Assembly: GCA_045105515.1 (NCBI GenBank)
Contig: JBGCDR010000036.1
Span: 14,816-78,815, forward strand
Origin: Oligoflexales bacterium
Lineage (GTDB): Bacteria > Bdellovibrionota_B > Oligoflexia > Oligoflexales > Bog-1112
DNA length: 64,000 nt
Direction: 5' to 3'
Shown piece by piece: positions 10,514 through 18,538 of this stretch. Below the pieces are notes generated by a model. That model was not told where the DNA came from and ran no database searches. It saw only the letters and a list, made by a program, of their open reading frames with translations. Position numbers and translations under genes: made by a program. Each line of letters opens with the position of its first letter. The stretch's first letter is position 1.

Positions 10514-10801
10514 ATGGTTAAGGAAGAAAAGCATGCTACCGTCAAGACCTATTGGGTACTTGCGGTTATTCTTTGCGTAATAACTTTTTTTGAGTGGGCT
10601 ATTTTTAAGGTAGAGGACTTAAGGACTAGCGCTGCTTTTACGATTCCTGTTTTGTCTGGACTGTCGGTAGCAAAGTTCGTTATGGTTTGTGGCTGGTATA
10701 TGCACCTGCGCTATGATCATGGAATGTTGTGGAAGATATTTGCTTTCTCTGCTTTTTTATCTACAGGGACTTTCTTTATTTTGTTCTTGGCGCTGTTATA
10801 G
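10514..10801 (+). CDS. ctaF: Cytochrome c oxidase subunit IV family protein
   Basis: Three TM segments and AKF...YMHLRYD motif; position in the operon. ATG 10514 preferred over the track start at 10397. Confidence 0.85.
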   Translation: MVKEEKHATVKTYWVLAVILCVITFFEWAIFKVEDLRTSAAFTIPVLSGLSVAKFVMVCGWYMHLRYDHGMLWKIFAFSAFLSTGTFFILFLALL

Positions 10802-10821
10802 CTGGTTTGTTGTGCTGAAGA

Positions 10822-10930
10822 GGGTCTCTCCATTTTAGTCGAGATGACTGTCTTTGCAGTCGAGGTGACAACCGTCATTCGAGCGACTTGTCCACCGTAG
10901 CTTTAGCCTAGGTGGAAGTCGAGGAATCTC
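10822..10930. repeat. REP-like composite palindromic element inside the oxidase operon
   Basis: Near-direct repeat AGTCGAGATGAC (10837) / AGTCGAGGTGAC (10858). Hairpins TCGAGGTGAC-aacc-GTCATTCGA and CGACTT(gt)CCACC...GGTGGAAGTCG. Ends in GAGGAATCTC. Confidence 0.6.
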
Positions 10931-11028
10931 TCAGGCCTCTATACGACTCTAACATCAGTGGATCAATCTATTGTTTTCCCTCATTCTTCGCGGTGCAGAA
11001 TAAATTTTTTTGGTGAGAGGCCAGCAAT

Positions 11029-11973
11029 ATGTCCGTAGCCTATGCTCATGATCTGGCAGCAGAGCTTTATGAACCTTTGCCTGAAGGCTTGTTTGATTAC
11101 AAGTTTGATTGGGATCCGACCTTGGCCTTTTTTGTGCTTCTCAGCATCCTCTACATTAGGGGATTGAAAGCATTTAGGGGAAAGGTGCCGGTTAAGAAAT
11201 GGCAGATTGTTTGTTTCTTTGTTGGGGTTAGTATTAATGTTATCGCTTTGAGCCCACCTATTGATCCGCTGGCAGATAGACTGTTTTTTATGCATATGGT
11301 GCAGCATATGTTAATTGTAGCAGTTGGATCCCCCTTGATGCTATTTGGTGTTCCTTATTACATAGTGAGCCGTGGCTTGTCTGCTGGGTTTAGGCGAAAA
11401 TTCTACTTTCCGGTGATTAAGAATCGCTTTTTGCGTTCTATTAACGGTTTTTTACTTCTCCCTCTAGTCTCTTTGGTTTTATTTGAAGCGAACTATTGGT
11501 TTTGGCATGTACCGCGCTTTTATAATTGGGCACTACTTAATGATTTCGTACACATGTTTGAGCACGCTTGTATGGCTGTAACTTCTCTTTATTTATGGCG
11601 GAATATCATTGATCCTTACCCTTTAAGGTGTCGTTTACATATGGGATTTCGACTGCTTTTTCTCGCAGCAATGATGGCATTGAATACGGTCTTAGCTGCT
11701 GCTCTTACCTATGCTAATAGCGTTTGGTACGCCTATGAGGGAATTCCTATGCCGAAATGGTGGTCTTATCGTTGGACTCATTTAGATGATCAGCGCCTTG
11801 GTGGTCTTATAATGTGGATTCCAGGAGGGATTTTGACCTTTCTCTCTATGACTATTTGCTTTTTTGTTTGGGTTAAGAGAGAGCAGAATGCTGATATGAT
11901 CCTTCAAGCGCGTCAAGAATCTGAGCTCGAGCGAGGAGTGTCCTTACCTGGAAAAAAACTTTCGCCCACATAA
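11029..11973 (+). CDS. ctaG: caa3-type cytochrome c oxidase assembly factor CtaG
   Basis: FMHMVQHML, WFWHVP, HMFEH and DQRLGGLIMWIPG motifs; multi-TM. Confidence 0.88.
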   Translation: MSVAYAHDLAAELYEPLPEGLFDYKFDWDPTLAFFVLLSILYIRGLKAFRGKVPVKKWQIVCFFVGVSINVIALSPPIDPLADRLFFMHMVQHMLIVAVGSPLMLFGVPYYIVSRGLSAGFRRKFYFPVIKNRFLRSINGFLLLPLVSLVLFEANYWFWHVPRFYNWALLNDFVHMFEHACMAVTSLYLWRNIIDPYPLRCRLHMGFRLLFLAAMMALNTVLAAALTYANSVWYAYEGIPMPKWWSYRWTHLDDQRLGGLIMWIPGGILTFLSMTICFFVWVKREQNADMILQARQESELERGVSLPGKKLSPT

Positions 11974-11988
11974 AAACTTGAAACTATC

Positions 11989-12017
11989 TTGACAGATTGC
12001 TCCCTAAGGCATATAAA
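11989..12017 (+). promoter_or_regulatory. sigma70 promoter of tRNA-Asp
   Basis: TTGACA-N17-TATAAA, 22 bp before the tRNA. Confidence 0.75.
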
Positions 12018-12039
12018 AATCCTCGCTTTAACGCATTTC

Positions 12040-12116
12040 GGGGGAGTAGTTAAGTTGGTTATAACGCCGGCTTGTCACGCCGGAGGCCGCGGGTTCAAGT
12101 CCCGTCTCTCCCGCCA
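12040..12116 (+). tRNA. tRNA-Asp (GTC)
   Basis: Acceptor GGGGGAG/CTCTCCC, anticodon arm CCGGC-TTGTCAC-GCCGG, T-loop GGTTCAAGTCC, discriminator G and encoded CCA. Confidence 0.97.
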
Positions 12117-12128
12117 CCCATAATATTT

Positions 12129-12159
12129 AAAAGCCATCCCTCAGTGGATGGCTTTTTTT
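12129..12159 (+). terminator. Rho-independent terminator
   Basis: AAAAGCCATCC-ctcagt-GGATGGCTTTT followed by a T-run. Confidence 0.85.
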
Positions 12160-12175
12160 GTTTTAGGCAATATAA

Positions 12176-13357
12176 ATGTTAATACATGATGATTGTTTGA
12201 ACGCCTTAGAGTATCTAGAAACTCAATCAGTTGATTTAGTATACTTAGATCCGCCATTTTTTACGCAGAAAAAGCACAGACAAAGAACTCGGGACAATAC
12301 GAAAGAGTATGTGTTTGAAGATTGTTGGGACTCAATTGATAACTATCGTCAATATATAGAGGACAGACTTGATGTTTGCCACAAGATCCTAAAGGATACG
12401 GGATCGATTTTCCTTCACTGTGATAAAACAGCATCTCATCACCTGAGATTAGCCCTTGATAAGGTCTTTGGTTCAGATAATTTTCAGAGTGAAATCATTT
12501 GGACTTTTCGTAGATGGTCCAATGCCAAAAAGGGACTATTAAATGGCCACCAAGTGATTTTATTTTACTCTAAGTCTGCAAGTTTCAAGTTTTATCAAAT
12601 TTATCAAGCATACTCGCCAGCTACAAATATTGATCAAATATTTCAAGAGCGAGTAAGGGATGCTCATGGTAAATCTGTGTATAAAAAAAATGGCTTTAAA
12701 CCAATTCTCCGTGAAGATAAAAAAGGGGTGCCTCTTTCAGACGTGTGGGACATGCCTTATTTGAATCCTAAAGCTAAGGAACGCGTTGGGTATCCAACCC
12801 AGAAACCTATTGAGCTATTAGAAAGAGTTATTAGCCTAGTAACTAAGGAAGGTGATTTGGTCTTCGATCCATTTTGCGGGAGTGGTACCAGTCTGGTTGC
12901 TGCGAGATTAATGAACCGTAGGTATTCAGGTATAGACCTATCTTTAGAAGCAATTAAGTTAGCACAACATAGAATTAAACACCCTATAAAATCAAGCTCA
13001 ACACTACTTCGAAACGGGAGAGCTTCATTTAATAATCAATGCTCTGAAATTGTCGATTTTCTTGAACGCATTAATGTTTATCCAGTTCAAAGGAATAAGG
13101 GTATCGATGGATTTTTAAAACAGGGGAACTCTATTAAACCAATACCGGTTAAAGTCCAACGGATGGAAGAATCCTTTGCTTCTGCCAAAGATAAACTACT
13201 AAAAGCATGCAAGAGTAGTGATTTTGAAGTAAAAATCTTAATCAGTCAAGAAACTCCTACCCGAAAGTATTTTCATAAAGAAAAGCTCTATATCATTCCT
13301 AGCGCGTTAGCATCCCATGAGCATATTCGCAGTACTGTGCTTAAAGATTCTTGTTAG
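12176..13357 (+). CDS. Site-specific amino (N6-A/N4-C) DNA methyltransferase, beta class; no adjacent endonuclease
   Basis: Catalytic DPPF precedes the SAM-binding DPFCGSGT motif; YPTQKP also present. Confidence 0.9.
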   Translation: MLIHDDCLNALEYLETQSVDLVYLDPPFFTQKKHRQRTRDNTKEYVFEDCWDSIDNYRQYIEDRLDVCHKILKDTGSIFLHCDKTASHHLRLALDKVFGSDNFQSEIIWTFRRWSNAKKGLLNGHQVILFYSKSASFKFYQIYQAYSPATNIDQIFQERVRDAHGKSVYKKNGFKPILREDKKGVPLSDVWDMPYLNPKAKERVGYPTQKPIELLERVISLVTKEGDLVFDPFCGSGTSLVAARLMNRRYSGIDLSLEAIKLAQHRIKHPIKSSSTLLRNGRASFNNQCSEIVDFLERINVYPVQRNKGIDGFLKQGNSIKPIPVKVQRMEESFASAKDKLLKACKSSDFEVKILISQETPTRKYFHKEKLYIIPSALASHEHIRSTVLKDSC

Positions 13358-13479
13358 TATTGTATAGCTGTACAATCGAAAATCTTACATCGATTGTTAA
13401 AAGTAGTCATGCCTTCATAGTGAGTATATGCTAGAATAGAAGGATTGTTTTATTAAATACAGTTAGACAAGGAGCATTC

Positions 13480-14019
13480 ATGGGAGATGCTTTATCCAGG
13501 CTCGTCAATTCTTTGCAGAACAACCCAATCGAGGAGTTTAAAAACATACTTGAACAAGCTAGAATCACGACAAAGGAGGTTAAAAATCACTGTTTTTTCA
13601 GTGAGCATTATTATACTCGTAACTTGGTTTACGCTGAAGATACATTTGAACTAATAGTTTTGTGTTGGAATGGTAAACAACAAACACCTATTCATGATCA
13701 TAACAACTCAGATGGTTGGCTAAGTGTTATTCAAGGTGGTGTCACTGAAACCATTTATGCTTGGGATAAAAATACGAGGGAAGCTAAGATTCAAGATGTT
13801 ATTTCTAATGAAGAACTCGGCTCTGGTGCAGTTAGTCATGTTAATGATGACATAGGAGTCCATTCTATTTGTAACCCTGATGATGGTGAATCAATAACCT
13901 TACATTTGTATTCTCCAAGGATCTTAAAATGTCATTATGTGGATCATCAAAGTGCAGCGATAAAGGAAAAGGTTTTGAGCTTTCATTCAATTGGAGGGAA
14001 GCTTGTAAAAAGCAGCTAA
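13480..14019 (+). CDS. Cysteine dioxygenase family (cupin)
   Basis: YTRNLV, LCW...TPIHDH, third His in GVHSI and TLHLYSP; AAGGAG RBS. Confidence 0.85.
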   Translation: MGDALSRLVNSLQNNPIEEFKNILEQARITTKEVKNHCFFSEHYYTRNLVYAEDTFELIVLCWNGKQQTPIHDHNNSDGWLSVIQGGVTETIYAWDKNTREAKIQDVISNEELGSGAVSHVNDDIGVHSICNPDDGESITLHLYSPRILKCHYVDHQSAAIKEKVLSFHSIGGKLVKSS

Positions 14020-14185
14020 GAAATTTTCTGTTTTATCTAGTCGACTAATCTGTATTCTCAAGTACATCGATGAATATTGTAAATACCAAGATTTTTCTTA
14101 GGTATAATTTACTTTAAATAGCATGCTAACTAAGTTATGTTGAGTGACTGTTGGAATCCAGAGAATTGTTTAAAAAGTCGAAATT

Positions 14186-15343
14186 ATGAAGATTTATTAC
14201 TCACTATCATTGGCCCTTTTTGTATTGATTGGGTTTTGCAATTGTAATCAGAGTATTCACGATCTCCAATTCAGGGGAGAGAATATAGACTCTTTGAAAG
14301 ATCTTGATTCTACTAAACGTGGCAGCTTTTACAACGATTATGAATCTAAGAAAGAAGTAGAATATCTGCAGGATTACGAAGCTAGAGATGACAAATTTTT
14401 TGATCTAAGCTCATATTTGAATCATAAAGAAGTTCAAAGATGGGTAGGCTACTATCAAGGGAAAGGCAGATATGGTCTAGTACAAGCTTTAAAAAGGGGG
14501 GAGAAGTATCGTCCTATGATAGAGGCGATATTTCTTGATAAAAATCTCCCTGTCGATTTTTACTACTTAGCTTTAATAGAAAGTAGCTTTATTAGCAATG
14601 CTAGATCGCATGCTGGAGCTGTGGGTATATGGCAATTTATGCCAGCTACGGGAAAGCGATATGGATTGAGGGTCAATCACTTTGTAGACGAACGTAAGGA
14701 TCCTATTCGTGCTTCTGTTGCAGCAGCAAGTTATATTGCAGATTTACATCGAGTTTTTCAAAACTGGTTTTTGGCATTGTCAGCCTATTCCTCTGGAGAA
14801 GGCCGTGTTCTGGGGGCAATTATGAGAAAAGAAACCCGTGACTTTTGGAGGCTTGCAGAGCAGAAGGCCCTCCCCAGAGAGACACGCAACTATGTCCCTA
14901 AATTTATTGCTGCGATCTGGGTATCAAGGCAATTAGAATCAAGTGAACTCGCACGATGGAAAGCTGATTTTATCGAGCCTTTGCGTGGTCTTACAGTTTC
15001 TTCTGGGGTGAGTTTAAGTGAAATTAGTAGAGTAGCAAATGTTTCTGAAACTAAAGTAAAACTATATAACCCTCACCTCAAACACAGCGTTATTCCTCCA
15101 GGTACAAGCAGTTATGTACTTTGGCTCCCGAAAAAGCTGGTTAACTCATCTTTAGAGTCTGCTATTGTCAAGCTTAGACCTTCAAAAGTTTCAAAGTCTT
15201 ACAAAGTTAAAAAAGGGGATAATTTACATACCATTGCTCGAAGATTTGGGACTAACATAAGATCTATTAAGCGTGTTAACAACTTGGTACGAAGTCGTAT
15301 TTATGCTGGACAGGTTCTCAAAATTCCTTCCAGTCATACTTAA
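14186..15343 (+). CDS. MltD-like lytic murein transglycosylase with LysM
   Basis: LALIESSF, AVGIWQFMPATG, ETRNYVPK, and C-terminal LysM YKVKKGDNL. Confidence 0.9.
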   Translation: MKIYYSLSLALFVLIGFCNCNQSIHDLQFRGENIDSLKDLDSTKRGSFYNDYESKKEVEYLQDYEARDDKFFDLSSYLNHKEVQRWVGYYQGKGRYGLVQALKRGEKYRPMIEAIFLDKNLPVDFYYLALIESSFISNARSHAGAVGIWQFMPATGKRYGLRVNHFVDERKDPIRASVAAASYIADLHRVFQNWFLALSAYSSGEGRVLGAIMRKETRDFWRLAEQKALPRETRNYVPKFIAAIWVSRQLESSELARWKADFIEPLRGLTVSSGVSLSEISRVANVSETKVKLYNPHLKHSVIPPGTSSYVLWLPKKLVNSSLESAIVKLRPSKVSKSYKVKKGDNLHTIARRFGTNIRSIKRVNNLVRSRIYAGQVLKIPSSHT

Positions 15344-15412
15344 AGGATTATTGGCTGAACCTGTCAAAAGTTGAGAACTTAAGAGTTAGCTCAGCCTAGG
15401 TTATTTTTTTGC

Positions 15413-16609
15413 TCAAGAAGATAGCTCTATTAGAAAAGAAAGTGCCAATTTAGCAAACTTACTTGCGTGAATAGCTTTGTGCTCCGATTTATCTATGGTA
15501 TCACTTGATGTGTGAATGTGTTGATTGTGTGTGTCCATAGTAGATTCGAAAGGAAAGGATGCTGGAAATCCATTTCTTGTCCAGGAAGCGTGGTCTGAGC
15601 AAGCATACCCACATGGATCTAGGATCCAACTTAGTTCACTTTGGTACTCATCAATGAGGCCTCCAAGGAATTCATTTTGGGCAGCATTGGTAAAATCTGA
15701 TATAAGTATAATATCATTGCTAGAACCTTTAAAATTAGTCATATCGAGCTGCATCACGCCCTTCACGTTTTGCTGATCATCTTTTGCTTTTTCAGCAATC
15801 TCTTTTGAACCTCTAAGGCCAACTTCTTCAGCCGCATAAGAAATAAATTTTATGGTACGTTTAGGCTCAAAGTTCTGAGCAACAAGAATTCGGATAACTT
15901 CCGTGATCGTTGCAATACCTGAGGCATTGTCATCTGCACCAGGAGCTAGAACATTGTTGCCAGGAAACCAGCCAGCAATTGAGTCTCCATGGCCCCCTAA
16001 TATTAAGGTTTCATCGCCAAGCTCACTTCCATGCCATGTCAGAATAACTGAAGGCTGTGGAAATGCGCTGTGTTCGAAAAGATCGACTTCTATGGTATCA
16101 ATACCTTTACTTAAGTTTTTCCACTTCTCAAGAATCCATTGCTGAGACTCGATCCCAAAGTTAGATTTATAATAACGATTCCGAAAATTGGATAAAGATT
16201 CAATTGTTGAAGCCATGGTGTTGGCATCAACTTGCTCTATGCTCTCTCTTACTTCTTGCTGTTGGTCAATCTGATAAAAGTCTGCTTCTTGTTTTTTTAT
16301 TAAAGAAGCTGCTTTTTTCCAGTCATCAAATGCAGTTTTGGCTGATTCTTCAATCATAAAACCTCCACATCGCCCAAACTTCGAGTGAATTAATTTAGAT
16401 AAAAAATCAATATCCCGCTCAGGAATCTGTAATACTGCAATAGAACCCTCTTGGCCCAGGTGTGCGCTAGCGAATTTAAAGTGCTCTTGCAAAATGTGTA
16501 GGGTATCGGAGTCTACTGATACATGAACTAGATTTTCTTTGCTGCTTTGATTGAAAGCGATACAAAACACCAGTAAGCTTGCAAAGGTGAATTTGGGTAT
16601 AAAAGCCAT
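15413..16609 (-). CDS. Secreted M28 leucyl aminopeptidase
   Basis: GGHGDS, APGADDNASG, AAEEVGLRGS, QLDMT, CGYACSDHASW and IHT motifs; signal peptide and propeptide. Confidence 0.9.
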   Translation of the reverse strand: MAFIPKFTFASLLVFCIAFNQSSKENLVHVSVDSDTLHILQEHFKFASAHLGQEGSIAVLQIPERDIDFLSKLIHSKFGRCGGFMIEESAKTAFDDWKKAASLIKKQEADFYQIDQQQEVRESIEQVDANTMASTIESLSNFRNRYYKSNFGIESQQWILEKWKNLSKGIDTIEVDLFEHSAFPQPSVILTWHGSELGDETLILGGHGDSIAGWFPGNNVLAPGADDNASGIATITEVIRILVAQNFEPKRTIKFISYAAEEVGLRGSKEIAEKAKDDQQNVKGVMQLDMTNFKGSSNDIILISDFTNAAQNEFLGGLIDEYQSELSWILDPCGYACSDHASWTRNGFPASFPFESTMDTHNQHIHTSSDTIDKSEHKAIHASKFAKLALSFLIELSS

Positions 16610-16715
16610 TTTAATTTCCCCCATTTGGTTTGCATATTTTATAAGCATATCACAAGCTTTGGACGGAGAGAGAATTAGTGTAATTTTACCCCAAAACTGT
16701 ATAAAGGAGTTTTTG

Positions 16716-17336
16716 ATGTCTAAGCTAACATTACACCATTACTATCGGTCTACTTGCTCTTGGCGGGTTCGTTGGGCTTTGCATTACAAAGGTATCCCTT
16801 TTGACACGGTAGCTGTTAATTTGTTGAAGGGGGAACAGAATCAGCAGCAGTATATGAACTTCAACCCCATGTCATATGTGCCCAGTCTATCTGTTGATGG
16901 TGAAACCTTTAGCGAATCTGTTGCAATCCTAGAGTGGTTAGAAGAAGTCCATCCGAAGCCAAGTTTGTTGCCTCAGGATCCGCTTTCTCGTATGAGAGTA
17001 AGGCAGCTTTATCAGCTTATAGCATCGAGTACTCAGCCTCTCCAAAATTTAGCCGCTCAAAAATATTTTTCTCCGGAAAAAAGCCAGCAATGGAAGTATG
17101 CAAGACATTGGATTAACAAAGGATTTTCTGCTTATGAAACTTTGTTGCAAACTACAAAAGGAAGCTTTAGCTTTGGTGAATCGCTGACATTGGCAGATAT
17201 ATGTTTGCTACCTCAGTGTTTTAACGCTTTGAGATTTGGTCTTGAAATTGAGAATTATCCCCTAATCCATGAAGTTTATAAGCGTTGTCTTAGCCTAGAA
17301 CATTATCAAAAATCTGTTCCAGAAAAATACCAATGA
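16716..17336 (+). CDS. maiA: Maleylacetoacetate isomerase (zeta-class GST)
   Basis: YYRSTCSWRVR, VNLLKGEQ, QPLQNL and LADICLLPQ. ATG 16716 follows AAGGAG. Confidence 0.88.
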   Translation: MSKLTLHHYYRSTCSWRVRWALHYKGIPFDTVAVNLLKGEQNQQQYMNFNPMSYVPSLSVDGETFSESVAILEWLEEVHPKPSLLPQDPLSRMRVRQLYQLIASSTQPLQNLAAQKYFSPEKSQQWKYARHWINKGFSAYETLLQTTKGSFSFGESLTLADICLLPQCFNALRFGLEIENYPLIHEVYKRCLSLEHYQKSVPEKYQ

Positions 17337-17384
17337 ATAAATGATTAATTTGGGATTTTTTTAATTTTTGTGAAATAGTCTTAA

Positions 17385-17412
17385 GCAAGTTTTCGTTTTT
17401 ATTTCCCGATAA
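17385..17412 (+). promoter_or_regulatory. Putative sigma28 (FliA)-type promoter
   Basis: GCAAGTTT-N12-CCCGATAA against the consensus TAAAGTTT-N11-GCCGATAA, 26 bp before ATG 17439. Confidence 0.4.
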
Positions 17413-17438
17413 CGTGTTTAATAAGCGAGTATATTTCT

Positions 17439-18536
17439 ATGAACAATTATATACGCCAATTAAAGGCTTTTGTATTAATTATAATTGCTGCTGACTTTAC
17501 GCCAATGTCAATAGGTTTAGTCCAAGCAGAAAGTCTTGATAAAGAAGAAGTAGAAACATTGAGCAAGGCAGAAAAATCTCCAGAAAAAGCCGATGAATCA
17601 AAAAAAATAAGTCAAGATTCCGGCAAGCCAAAAGAACTGAAAAAAAATGCCGAAAATTATGAAGATGAAGAGGATTTTGAATTCGAGCCAGATAAATTGA
17701 GTTCCGATGCTAATTCAAATGCAGCTGATGGGGCAAAGGGGACAAATGAATCAGATGCTGCATATGAAGACAATCCAGGAAAAATTGCGGATTTAGAAAA
17801 AGATGCGAAGGAAGCTTTTTCTTATGATCCCTATCGGTCTTTAAACCTTCTGTTAAGTCCAGGTTCAGAAAAACTTCAAGCTCAAGGAGGTAGTAGCAAT
17901 TATAGTGGAAGCTCACAGTTCTTGGGAGTAGACCTCAGTTTGAATTTTGAGCCAAAGCTATGGAAGGGGTTTAGTCTCCAATTTTTCATTCATTTTCATG
18001 AGTTTATTACTACAAATTTTATAAGGGTACGCTCTGATAGAGGATCTATGTCCACAGATACTTTGCGATTCCAGCGTTCAAACTTTGGTATCACTTTGCA
18101 AAAAAATGTATTTCAATTCGAGCATGCTCATCGGTTCTATGTCAATCTAGGAATTTTTGCTTCCCAGCTCCCTATTCTAGAAACAGCCTCCTATAGCATA
18201 GGAGCAACTAAATTGGATAGCTTCTACTACACAGGAGTAACTACTGGTGGTGCCTACGAATTTTTTTGGTCAGAGCGAGGCAAGCTATTCTTGAATGCGC
18301 ACTATCTGGCCAGATCATTTAATTCCCGGAAAACAATAGAGAGAATACTATTGACCCTTGGGGTCAAATATCGTTTGGTTGACAAACTTTTTCTCCGCAC
18401 AAGTGTGAGGTGGGTGAAGGAATCGGCAGACTACAATCTATATTGTCCTGATGATCAAGCGGTAAATTGCAGCACTAAAGGAAAGGTAGAAAGCCTATTG
18501 TCATATGGACAGCTGGGTATTGGGGTTGATTTTTGA
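17439..18536 (+). CDS. Hypothetical exported protein; probable outer-membrane beta-barrel with an acidic N-terminal linker
   Basis: Signal-like N-terminus, D/E/K-rich linker, amphipathic strands and C-terminal LGIGVDF. Confidence 0.55.
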   Translation: MNNYIRQLKAFVLIIIAADFTPMSIGLVQAESLDKEEVETLSKAEKSPEKADESKKISQDSGKPKELKKNAENYEDEEDFEFEPDKLSSDANSNAADGAKGTNESDAAYEDNPGKIADLEKDAKEAFSYDPYRSLNLLLSPGSEKLQAQGGSSNYSGSSQFLGVDLSLNFEPKLWKGFSLQFFIHFHEFITTNFIRVRSDRGSMSTDTLRFQRSNFGITLQKNVFQFEHAHRFYVNLGIFASQLPILETASYSIGATKLDSFYYTGVTTGGAYEFFWSERGKLFLNAHYLARSFNSRKTIERILLTLGVKYRLVDKLFLRTSVRWVKESADYNLYCPDDQAVNCSTKGKVESLLSYGQLGIGVDF

Positions 18537-18538
18537 CA

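Noticed and set aside
12040..17336. Prophage or integrative element at tRNA-Asp
   Set aside because: No integrase, phage genes or duplicated tRNA 3' end were seen.
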